A stretch of DNA of 63,324 bases, the filler included, from Olpidium bornovanus S191 (taxonomy: Eukaryota; Fungi; Olpidiomycota): NCBI GenBank assembly GCA_017911155.1. It is 29 parts of 29 records of this genome, joined end to end, with 100 filler letters (N's around TTAATTAATTAA, not from the genome) between each part and the next. Parts side by side here need not be neighbours in the genome. Positions count along the whole stretch, not along the records: positions 11,435 to 14,354 come from JAEFCI010007146.1; positions 14,455 to 16,726 come from JAEFCI010000041.1; positions 16,827 to 18,380 come from JAEFCI010001190.1; positions 18,481 to 20,189 come from JAEFCI010007325.1; positions 20,290 to 22,964 come from JAEFCI010005648.1; positions 23,065 to 27,757 come from JAEFCI010004360.1; 23 more parts are not named here. The stretch is one strand, 5' to 3'. Below, one piece after another: positions 12,458 to 23,513 of this stretch. The position numbers and the translations under genes are program-made. Each line of letters opens with the position of its first letter. Position 1 is the stretch's first letter. Below the pieces are notes generated by a model. It was not told the origin of the DNA. It saw nothing but the letters and a program-made list of their open reading frames with translations, and did no database searches.

Positions 12458-14030
12458 ATGCTCGTCGAGCAGATTGGGGACGACCTCCCGGCGGAGCGCG
12501 AGGAGGGACCGACGCGCACGACGGGCCCGGGCGGCGCGGCGGCAAGGGTCGGAACGGCGGCAACGGGTTCACGCCCGGAGGCCGGGGAGCCAGCGCGCGC
12601 GCCGCGCAGCCATGGGCCTGCTGCAGCGAAGGATCTCGCGCCTCCGTTCGCTGTCGCCGCCGGCAACCCCCCCCCGGAACCCTCCGTGCTCGACAGGCTG
12701 GCCGCCGAGATTTCGCGGACGACTCGCGGAGGTGCCGTCGGCACCGCCGGGGATAACCACGACGGAGAGCACGAGGAGGTCTCGGCCATCCTCGACAAGC
12801 TGTCCAAGCAGCTGGAAGACGACCCGTCGGCGTGGAAGGAGCTCGTGAGCAGCCTGGGCTTCCCGGTCGACGCCGGCGGCGGCGGCTCCCCGCCTTCCGG
12901 TTCGGCACCAGCGGCCCCGCGCGGGGAGGACGCTGCGGCATCGATGCTGAGCATTCGGCCGCGCCCGGGCTTCGTCATCAAGACCGCCATCACGGCGATG
13001 CCCGTCGATCCTGGCCCCGGCAGCGAAACAGCCGCGGCTCCGCAATCTCGCCCACCGGTACACCCCGCCATCAAGGAAATCGGAAAGCCCGGCCTGAAGG
13101 TGTTCATTAACCTTTGCCACTCGGGAGAAATCCCCGCGCCGCCGCCGGCTACGGATGCAGAGATCCGAGCAGCGGTCAATGCAGAAGATAGCGCGTCCTG
13201 GAAGGTCCCAATGAGCTTGGCGGAACCGAGGAAGGACACGGACAAGGGTAAGGTCTGTTTTGACGCGGATCTCGCTGTGTTAGAAGCAACGGAACACATT
13301 TTCTTACTTGATATTATCTGTACCGAATGGGGAACCCAGCTGGACATCCATGCCTAGTATTTTCGGCCTGCATCCATACTTCTCCGTATCAGAAGGCGAA
13401 GGACGACTTCGACTTCAAGCTCTTCCTCATCGAATTGGCCGTCGAGTGGGTCGAGGAGAAGAGCGGTTTGAAAATGAACCGAAGATTCCAACTGCCGAAA
13501 CTCAATTCCAAGGGAGCTCTGCCCCTGCACTGGATCAGAAAGGATAGCAAACGGAAGGAGATTTCGGAAGTGAGGCCCGCAGCACCGACCGGGAGCAAGA
13601 CCACATCCAAAAATGTGTATCCCGGCGGACCCACGGTTATATCCCCCGACTATTTCGTGTCAGAGATCAACGAAAAGCGGTCTGCCAAACGGGCGTTGGT
13701 CGCGGTGATACACCTTCCGGGGACGGTAAGCGGTTGATTCTGACGGCTGCAAACCGGAATGCGGAATTCCCGTGCTTCTTCCATGTGGGCAACCGGTGTA
13801 ACAAACGTCTTGATTTCATACAGGAATCTCTCGGGCCGTCGGCGTCCATGGACGTCACCCACGACTCCCTGAGCTTCAAATATACCCCTCCTGCGGCAGA
13901 CGCCAAGTCGCCAATAGAGTATTCCCTTACGGTGCCGCTAAAGAAGGCGGTGGACGTATCGAAAGTAACTGCCACATTCAGCAAGAGGAGCGAAGTCTGC
14001 AGAGTCCGCATGCCAATCGCCGTCTTGTGA
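12458..14030 (+). CDS. PIH1: PIH1-domain R2TP-type co-chaperone (PIH1D1/Pih1-like) with C-terminal CS domain (exons 12458-13247, 13340-13725, 13824-14030)
   Basis: IRPRPGFVIKT...KVFINLCHS...WKVPMSLAEPRKDTDK|AGHPCLVFSACIH...LFLIELAVEWVEEK and terminal VTATFSKRSEVCRVRMP. Both GT-AG introns keep frame. Confidence 0.85.
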
Positions 14031-14454
14031 GACGATTTGCGTAGCCCCTTTCGATGCAAGATTATATCTGAACTTTTTTGGTTTCTTGTTTCTCGTTCGT
14101 AGTAATACAGGCTTTTGGTTCGTATATTAAGCATTTCATTTCTTTTGCGGTGGGGCCTCCGGCCAATACGCAACATGCCGAAGATTAAGATCTGTCGAAC
14201 CGATCGTTGAACCAAATACATGGATCGAAAAGTGCATGGTCTACTTCGAGTGCTTAGTCATAACTGATGATTCACACTACAACCCTGAACAGTATCCACT
14301 TTTCGAGCAGTCTGACCAACCAATCGTGGGAAAGAATTGCTGTTACGCTCCCACNNNNNNNNNNNNNNNNNNNNNNNNNNNNNNNNNNNNNNNNNNNNTT
14401 AATTAATTAANNNNNNNNNNNNNNNNNNNNNNNNNNNNNNNNNNNNNNNNNNNN

Positions 14455-15940
14455 CATGGTGCGACCGCACCAACGCCCTGCACAACAGCAGCTGTTTTAT
14501 CTGCAGCGATCTCAGGTGTTCTTCGTTTTCTATATTGACAATCAGGCCTGCAGAACAGTTTAGTCGCCGCGATTGTAACGGTTGGATTGGAATGTTCCGC
14601 TTTTCCGGACACGAATGGTCTATCTGGGCCAGGGTCCCCGACAGGAGCAGTTGTTCCCTCAGGCTGCACAGTGTTTCGCACCCGCCCAGTAGGGTCCACA
14701 GCAATCTGAGCAGGAGCGCTCTTAGCCTCATTGATGGGCGAACAAGTGATTCTTGTTGCATCATTGAGTACATCGGAAAGTTCATTTCCCAGGGGATTGA
14801 GGTGCAGCAGCTTGGAGACCTCAGTCTTTGCAAGCAATGTGCACGGATCAGGATTCATTGTGAGTGTTTCAGGTGCCTCGAAATCTATAGCTGGAGGTGC
14901 GGAATCAGCTGGGGCACCCCGATTATTCGGCGAAGCACCCAGCGTAGGAAAAGCTTTCTCGTCAAACATGCATTAATCAATTCGTGCTCGCAGCGCTGAT
15001 CCAGTTGACAGGCTAAGGTAGCAAATGATACTCGAGGAATCAAATCTGACACATATCCCTTCCTGACGCTAAGCATAGAGTTTGGACTGCGGCGATTTTA
15101 CAGGTACCCAAACCTTGCAGCCGAACACGCAGAGGTGCTTGATGACAGGCACGCGTCCCGAGATCAGTCTTTGGGGAAAACGCATCTGCGGCGATGACGA
15201 GCAGCGCGGGGGCGAACTCGACGACAAAAGAGCGAGCTCGGCAAACCGAGGTGCGGCCGCGCGAGGCGAAGCGAGGCGAGGCGCGCGGCAACCAAAGGCG
15301 GCGTGCGGGAGCTTCTTGGCGGAGAGGCAACAGCGGTGACGGTTCGAGAAGCTGCGGCGCCAAGCGGCCGGGTGACCTCGCGGCGAGGTCGCGGCGGCGC
15401 AGGCGGCCACAGGCGGGGCGGGGAGGCGCGGGGGCGCGAAGCAAATTGAAGCGAAAGCGGCGACGGCAAGAAGAAGCAGCGGCAAGCGCCGGCGAGCGAG
15501 ATTGCGGGACGGCCCACGCCAACGGCAACGGCGAGCGGGTGACGTCGAGCGTGAGGCTGCGGGAAGGCGGCGGCGACGGCGACGGCGAGGCGCGCGGCGG
15601 CTCGGTGGGCGGCGCGCGGCAGGCAAAGACGGCATGCGGGAGCTTGAGAGCTTGAAAGCGTGGGGAGCGCAGGGTGTAGCAGGCAGCGCAGGAAGAGATC
15701 TGGTGCTGATAACGCGTTGCGGTTTTCCATCTCTTCTTCCAGTCTTCCCTGCTGTTCTGCGCGTGAGAGGGGGGCTTTCCCGCCCAGGAGCAGCCCTTGA
15801 TCACGTGGCCCGTAGAGTGCATCATACGGTTCACACCAACGCGAACGAGTTCGCGACCCGGGGGGGAAGCTTTGACGAATTTTTGACGCCGGGCAGGAGG
15901 TCGCCTTGGGCGCCCCGAGATTAGGACAGAAAGATCTCAT
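14455..15940 (-). mobile_element. Degenerate Ty1/copia retrotransposon remnant (integrase and post-integrase region)
   Basis: Broken frames give K.RQSFP, DALYGP...LGGK, KHLCVFGCKVWVPVK..SKL and MFDEKAFP, matching the copia order (LRVFGC...SKL...DVVFDE..FP). Contains stops and frameshifts. Confidence 0.7.
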
Positions 15941-16826
15941 GCGCGTTCTTTCACGTTCGGCATCGTCAAGTAGTAGCCGGCGAGATGACGAGGGCCCCGC
16001 GCCGGTGCCCGACCGTCCGCGCGTCCCCCGCCGCGTTCACGTGCACAACGAGCTCCACGCGAAATTCCCTGTCGCGGGACCGTCACGTGGCCGGGCCATC
16101 GCCCCCGGCAAAAGAAAAGGAAAATTTTCCGGTCCCCGTCTACCCCCGGAGTCGGCGAGACCGCCGGACACGCGCTCAAGGCACCCAGCCAGCCCGAATC
16201 CGACAGCCGACGAATCAAGCCCAGATCAGCCAGCCGACTAACCTCAACCATCTAACCAACAAGATCACGCAGCCGATCTCATCTTCGCCAAAAGGAAAAA
16301 AAGTTAAACCCCAGCCTTTCGTCCCGCGATGTCTGGTGCGTACGGAGGCCCTGCTGCTTTTTGGCAGAAGGATTTTCCCGGCAATTCTTTCCAGCTTTTC
16401 GATCGCGGATAGCAAGGGGTGGAGGTGGAATGGTAGCGAACACCGCCGGCCACTGCAACTTCCGCCGTCTTTTCTTTCCAACCCGCAGTTGCCGCCGGCG
16501 CTAAACTTTTTACGACCCGCTGCGGCCAATGCCACACCGTCGAAAAGGTTCGGTCGGCTCAGCCAGATTTTTTTTTTTCTTTTGCCCGCAGACGATTTAT
16601 CGCCGCATGGGCCCCGCTTAATTTTTGTTCTTGCGAGGCGGGCCCAGGCCGCTGCGGACCCCGCTCCACAACGCTTTTCTAACCATTTGGATACGCCGCT
16701 TCGTTTCCCGCGCGACAGGACGGTCCNNNNNNNNNNNNNNNNNNNNNNNNNNNNNNNNNNNNNNNNNNNNTTAATTAATTAANNNNNNNNNNNNNNNNNN
16801 NNNNNNNNNNNNNNNNNNNNNNNNNN

Positions 16827-17814
16827 ACTGTGGCTGACAACGACGACCAAACCGAACCTCGCGTTCAAGGTGTCCTTCCTCGTGCGGTTTTGCGCAAACT
16901 CATCTGCGCGCCACTGGGCAGCCGCCAAACGGGCATTTCGATACATGTGAGGGTCAACTCATCTCAGAATCAAATGCGCCAGCCATAAAGAGACCGGCCT
17001 CACCGTATATACGGACTCGGATTGGGCTGGCTACCCAAGTGTCGCCGACGGGATTCGTGACCACGTATCAACGTGGGCCGATTTCATGGAGGTCGACTTG
17101 TCAGATATGCATCGCGACATCATCATGCGAAGCCGAATTCGTAGCTGGCTCTGCGGCGGCGCAAAAATTGGCGTGGCTATGGTCAATCTTTAAAAATAAA
17201 GACTGCGATGTCGTTAGGGAACCGACGCCACTCTACATCGATAACTCCGGAGCGGCAGAACTCACGGCGGATACAAAAGATTCAAAGCAATCGAAACATG
17301 TAGACATCCGGTGCCACCACTTGCGGAGGTGCGCCCCGGGCACGATTATCGCCGTCGAACGCGTCAGCTCGGCGGAGAATGTTGCGAATATTTGCACGAA
17401 GCCATTGAACCGGGCCAAGTTTATATAATTCTGAGACAATCTCGGCATGCTAGAAACCAGAGGAATATGAACACGGTCAAACGAGAAACCACCAAGAGAC
17501 AAGGAAATCAAAAGAAATAATCATAGGCCATATAGATTTTGAGCGACCATGGGCTTTGGTGCACTCAGTAAGGCGGGGTGTTAGAAATAAAGGGGGAAAG
17601 GAAAGGGGGAGGCGGAGCCGCGCACGCACTGCGAGCTCCAGCCCCCCCTGTTACCCCTTTGTAGAGCCCTTAGCTGCCCGCCCTATAAAATAGGCCTAAA
17701 AGAGATAGCAACGCAACGCCCCGAATGCAGTTTTCTTTCGTCCTTCTTCTCACGGGCTCACTACGGCTCCGTTTGCGGGTTATACCGGTCCTCCTTCCGG
17801 CTCTATTATCAACA
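16827..17814 (+). mobile_element. Ty1/copia 3' end: RT C-terminus, RNase H, PPT and 3' LTR (pseudogenised)
   Basis: TKPNLAFKVSFL...HWAAAKRAFRYM*G...VYTDSDWAG, then a frameshift to GPISWRS...ATSSCEAEFVA...LYIDNSGA...KHVDIRCH...SAENVANICTKPL. Confidence 0.92.
17579..17814 (+). repeat. Putative 3' LTR (236 bp)
   Basis: Begins TGTTAG right after purine-rich AAGGCGGGG, ends TCAACA (TG...CA), and has TATAAAA near 17684. Confidence 0.7.
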
Positions 17815-18062
17815 TCCGTCCCCCTCCCCACCCCGCCGGCTCTCGCACCACTGCTTCTGCCCCGCAGTGTCGTTAGACGGGAGCGACTTGCGGTCGTTGT
17901 GCACCAATTCGGCGCGTTTTCCTGCCGCTGGTCTTGTCGGTAAAGTGATGCGGCGTAATCCTGTGTGTAGTGCGGGGTCCGGGAACTTTCGAGGGGGAAG
18001 GGGCCCGCGCGCATCAAACAATCCGGTTGACCAACGGGCAAGAGTCATAACTTCTGATTCTT

Positions 18063-18096
<34 letters not shown>

Positions 18097-18291
18097 CTTT
18101 TTTTTTTCTGCCTTTCGTCCCGAACTTTTTGAAAGCCCGCCCACGATAAGGACGGTTTTTGTAACCAAAAAAAAAATGCCCCCGAAGCGAGGGGGGCGGA
18201 GAGGTTATTCCGTCGGTTGCGAAAAACAGAAGACGCCTCGCGCCCGTTTCACGAATTGGAATAAAAAAGAGTTCGGGTTGGGGTGGAAGAA

Positions 18292-18326
<35 letters not shown>

Positions 18327-18507
18327 AGAAAGCCTGAAAACTGTACACGTTCATTCCGGACCAGCTGCTGGGAAAAGAGGNNNNNNNNNNNNNNNNNNNN
18401 NNNNNNNNNNNNNNNNNNNNNNNNTTAATTAATTAANNNNNNNNNNNNNNNNNNNNNNNNNNNNNNNNNNNNNNNNNNNNAAAAGGGGGGGGGGGGGGGG
18501 GGCGCGG

Positions 18508-18560
<53 letters not shown>

Positions 18561-21500
18561 AAAGCCCGAGCGGTCGGCAATGAATTCAGCGGACAACAAA
18601 ACACCGGCCGTCGACAGCGAAAGCAGCGGCCAGGTCGGGAACGGCGTGCTCCGACATCGCTCAACCCGCGTTGGCGAAGCGCGCCCGGCTCACCGCTGAA
18701 ATTCAGAGACGCCTCAACCGCGGCCGTGAGGCTCACTGCCGAGGTGGCGTGGGAGGTCATGGCTCGGCTGCCTGTGCCTGTGCGTCGGCCTGAGTATTGG
18801 GAGGCCGGAGAGGCCGGGAGTGGGGAAAGGCGTGGGAGGGGGAAGCCTCGGGCGGTGGCGTCCTCCCCTCCTCCCCGCCGAAAGGCTGCGACCGCAACCC
18901 ACGACACATGTGCCTGGATTCCCTTTCGTCCCCGCGCCTCTGCGCGTACGGCGGCTGCGAGCGCCCGCGTGCACCCTCTTTCCCGCTGCCGGCTGGCGCG
19001 GGTTTTCCCTCCCCCCGGCCGCATTACCGGACGACCCCGGCCGAAGAACGAAAACGCAATTTGAGACCGAGCGTTCCTTAAGGACACCGCTGCCCCGGCA
19101 CCGCCGAACGACAGGTCTCAGCGGCTTCCCGGAGCTCGATGTTGGCGCGTCGCAGCAGCGGGTTTCTGTCGGCCCCAGAGACACTCGCCGAACCGGCTCA
19201 GAATATTAACGACGAACAATACAGCACTCACGCACTGCGCCCAACGGCATCAATGAAATGACCCCGGGGTTCCCCCCCAGCAGCAGTTGTCTGGCGCAAA
19301 CTTCTTTTGCGTCTGCATCCAGACGGCGATGTCGGCCGCAAGCCTCGATAATGCCGCCGCCGTCGTGGTCGCGGGGCTGTTCCCGAACGAAACCGCCGGT
19401 GTCCGACGCACGTCGGCAGCTCAGCGCGGCCAAACTCACCGGCAGAACGTGAAAAGGTTGAGCTGTGCGCGAAGTGATACCCTCAAGGGAAAACTACGCG
19501 TGTTCCCCAGAGAGCGCCGCCTGTAACACCTCGTCCTTCAGGCTCTTTGTCTGCGACGGGCCATGCGGCCGGACGCAGCGGCAAACAGATTCCCTGCAAG
19601 ACTGCGGAGCGACGGGGATTGGACGGATTCCTTCGTTCCCGTTGCGCGGCTTTCCGCAGATCATTCAAGGCACGGATGCCAAGCAAATGCGCTACCGTTT
19701 GCGGTAGTTCCCCGCGGGCGCCGATGTTGCCGACAGCCGAGGACACGCAGGGCGGCGGTTTGTCAATCCCTCACCACGGTCCCCTCTGGGCCGGAATCCA
19801 CGGTCCCTGGCAAAACGTCTTTGGTATACGCATATTACTCGGTCAGACGACCGCACGACCCTTGCTTCCAACTCGGCATTGAGTAAGCGGATTCAAGCGG
19901 TCCTGTACTCGTTCGGTAGGCAGGCTCCCGCACGCTCCTTCGTTCCGGTAGTCACATGGACCATTCAGCGACTCATCCCGGCGCCTTAGACCAAACCGTG
20001 ATTTCCCCCACCGCCCCTCCCGACCACCTCCACCTTCTCCCCTCCCCATGTTCTCTCCTCTCGAATGCGAGGAAAAAACGATTATGCTGTACAGTTATGC
20101 TGAACAATGCGAAGTATACAACGGGGGAACTGCCCATGAGGGAGGCCTAGAATTTTTGTGCCGGTCGAAAAAAAGCGGGGGGGGAGAGGNNNNNNNNNNN
20201 NNNNNNNNNNNNNNNNNNNNNNNNNNNNNNNNNTTAATTAATTAANNNNNNNNNNNNNNNNNNNNNNNNNNNNNNNNNNNNNNNNNNNNCATGAAAATTT
20301 TTCCTGAGGCAGATTTTTATGCCACCTTCAGCGGAATCCTCAAGGAGGTATTCTATATTCACTTAAACGGTTAATTCGCTTTTTGAGGAGGGGAATTTAC
20401 AGACAGGCTTACAATGGAAAATTACTTACCGAGAGGTGCATTCTTGGAGAAGGCGGCGGAGATGTTACGCGTAAAATCACAGATGAGGAACGTACTTGAA
20501 AGAGAACGGCACATTCGAGAAAATTTTTCCAAATTTTTTTTTTTTTTTTCCTCAGATGTTGACGGCCCGAGCTGTTTCGTGAGAGGCGCGGAGGTGCGGC
20601 GTCCGGAGCGGCTTTGCAAAGAAAGCAAGAAGCCGGGCCAAAGTGTGCGCCGTCGCACCGTGCTGCGCAGCGGCTCCGTGGTCAGTGGCTTTGGCCTTCC
20701 GATCTCAGATCGAGCGAGCGAGCCAAAACACGTTACCCTTGTCCAAGCGCAAAGGAATGTGTCACCCCGCTGTTGTGGGGGAAGGGAAGGGAAGCGCAGG
20801 CAGGCGGTGCTGCTGATGTTCTGTTGGGGCAGGCATAAAAAAGGCTGGTCTGCTGGGGCAAACGAGACTCCACGGTATTTGGTCTGACGGTCTGACAAAC
20901 GGTTGGGGAGCTTCTCCCCTCTCTCTCCCCCCTCTATCCTTCATTCTCTATCTCTCTTTAGCTCTCCCTGTGTTGTGTGTTGTGTGTGTGTGTTCTGGAG
21001 AAGGCGGCGGGAAGTTGCAGTTGGCCGTGTCTGACCAGATCTACCCTATGCGCTCGTATGCGGGAGAGAAAATGACGGTTTGCCGAGTCGCCGTAATAGG
21101 CGACGTAGGCGAACCAGATTACCCCAGAGATAGACGGTTGAACCAGCTTGTGTGCGTTCCCATCGCAAGTCCACTGGATTGTATGCATAAAAGGTGTTGC
21201 CTGGTCTAGCAAACAACATCTTCCTGGTAAGGCCCATAGCTTCAGAAGCGGAGCTGGAAGCGCAAAAGCGGGAGCGGAGGGCGACGGGCAGAGCGGGAGC
21301 GGAGGGGCGACGGGCGGAGCGGGGACGGAAGGCGGAGAGTGTTTGTTATCTTGTTGTTGTGTTCGGGTGAGGGCGAAGCGCGAATTGACGTGGGGGTTTT
21401 ATACCCCCCCCCCGGCCAGGGAAGCCGTCCTGTCCAGCCCACCGGGGCTGGCGCTTTGATGGGCGCATCGAAGTGAAGTCGTTATGGCCGCTACAGAAAA

Positions 21501-21660
21501 CACATTGGTATAAAGTCAGTATGGGCGACACGGGTGTTACAGAGAGTGTGTCGATTGTCACCAGCCCGTCTTTCAAATGCCCTTCAATGAGTTCTTTAAA
21601 AGAAAAGCATTCAAGGTAGGTTATCATAGTCCAACCCGGATATGGTTTAATTAACCATAT

Positions 21661-22295
21661 CCGACCTCGGCGGCCCGACCTCCCGCACTCTCTGCCGACC
21701 TCACCGGTGCCGCCACGAGCTGCAGACCTTCCCGGTGCCGCCGCGAGTTCGCCGAATCCCCAGTTCGGTGGCGCCACAAGTCCGCTTTTCTGCCGAACGC
21801 TCCCGCGCGAGGTCCTCATTTCTTTGCAGACTTCCCCGGTGCCGCCAGGGGTTTCGTTCTGCCGGATGCCACACGAGCCCTGTGGAACGCCTGGGTGCCG
21901 CACGAACTCTGCCAACCTCGCCGGTGCGGCTACGGGCTCGCATTTTCTCTGCAGACCTCCCCGGTGCCGCACGAGCTCGCATTCTTCGCCGACCTCACCG
22001 GTGCCGCACGAGCTCGTATTCTCTGCCGACTTGCCGGTGCCACACCAGCTGGCATTCTCTGCCGACCTCGGCTGCACGAGCTCCCACGTACTCTGCTGGC
22101 CGGTGCCGCCACGGGCTCGCGTTTCTCTGCGGGCCTTCCCGTGCCGCCACGAGTTCCGCTGGTGCCGCAGAAGCGTGCCCCACGTGCTCCCGCGTTCTCT
22201 GCCGGCCTCGCCGGTGCACCACGACGCTTTCTCTGCCGACCTCACCGGTGCCATCGCGAGCTCGCGTTTTTTCTGTGGACATTGCCGGTGCCGCT
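21661..22295. repeat. Degenerate GC-rich minisatellite, period about 37 bp, roughly 15 copies (consensus about CTCTGCCGACCTCACCGGTGCCGCACGAGCTCGCATT)
   Basis: Consecutive units measured by eye at 37, 37 and 36 nt around 21947-22056. The CCGGTGCC core recurs throughout. Confidence 0.85.
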
Positions 22296-22501
22296 GCAAG
22301 CGGCGCACAAACAGCCGACGTTTAACAAAGGCGAATAGCTCAACGCTTTCTGCTCAACGGTTTCTGCTCCCGCCTCTCCCGCATCTTCCTTCTGCCGCAT
22401 CCTTTTTCCCCTGTTTGCCAGCTCTTGCGAGCGTACTTCTTGTTCTGACGCGCTCCTCTGCTGCCTCACACTCAGACAACCAACGAAATGCTCGTTCAGT
22501 C

Positions 22502-22964
22502 ATGGCGATCACTTCTGAGGTAGCCTACCAGGAGCTCAAAGCCGTTGAAACAGACATCCAGAAGCTCAAGGGGCTGCTCGACAAAGATGAGAAGGAGCTC
22601 ACCCGTCGTGAGAAGGCGGAGCTTGCCGACTATGAACAGCAGCTCGCCGAACTGCGCAGACGCGAGCACCACTGGCAAGCAGAAATGAGCAAGGCGTCTG
22701 GTCCGCACTTAAAAGCGTTCCGCCAGCAACGGTACAAGAGGATGTCTGTCGAAGCCTCGTGTCGCAAGTACCTCGACGCCCTTGCACAAAGACTGACCAG
22801 CTTCTACTCCTTCCCGTGGTCATATCGTCAACCCACCATCGGTGACGTTTTGAGGGCGAAGGATGGCGAGGAGGGCGAACGCTGGAACTACATCACAGCT
22901 GCTGTGACGCATACTGTTCTGGAATCCGACGGCTTTCAGAGGCTAATTAAAAAAGGTGCACCCC
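22502..22964 (+). CDS. Intronless hypothetical protein with N-terminal coiled coil, truncated by contig end
   Basis: MAITSEVAYQELKAVETDIQKLKGLLDKDEKELTRREKAELADYEQQLAELRRRE...KRMSVEASCRKYLDALAQRL...PTIGDVL. Natural amino-acid composition and heptad pattern; open to the contig end. Confidence 0.75.
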
Positions 22965-23064
22965 NNNNNNNNNNNNNNNNNNNNNNNNNNNNNNNNNNNN
23001 NNNNNNNNTTAATTAATTAANNNNNNNNNNNNNNNNNNNNNNNNNNNNNNNNNNNNNNNNNNNN

Positions 23065-23111
<47 letters not shown>

Positions 23112-23513
23112 CGAACCTTGCACGCAAAGGGGGTTCCGGCAATCACGGGCGACACAGCATCCCGGTCCGAGTCCACGCCAAAAAGAGGACGAGATCGCGG
23201 GCGGCGGGTTTTTTTTTGTTTTTAGATGCTTGGTTTCGCCAAAGCTGCCGAAAGCTCGCAGTGGGGCCAAATGGTGCTGGTGAGGTGAGGTGCGGGAGGG
23301 CAGAATTTCGACGACCTGTGCGGGGTGCACGGAGAACCGGGAGGCGTGGGGCCCTAACGTCATCCTCTTCCCCAGCTCCCGCGTCCCTGCCCCTCCGTCC
23401 CTCCTCCCGCGTCCTGCTGTGGGTGGGCGTGGGCGTGGGGGGGAGGGGGAGCCGGGTGGGGCGGTGTGCCGTATGAACTTTTCCTTTTGTGTATTTGGGA
23501 CGGGGCGGGGGGG

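Noticed and set aside
18481-20189. Coding content in contig 10 (also contigs 6 and 18)
   Set aside because: Several short open frames, but no motif or reliable splice chain.
21661-22295. CRISPR-like array
   Set aside because: Units are degenerate head-to-tail copies with no unique spacers, there are no cas genes, and the context is eukaryotic.
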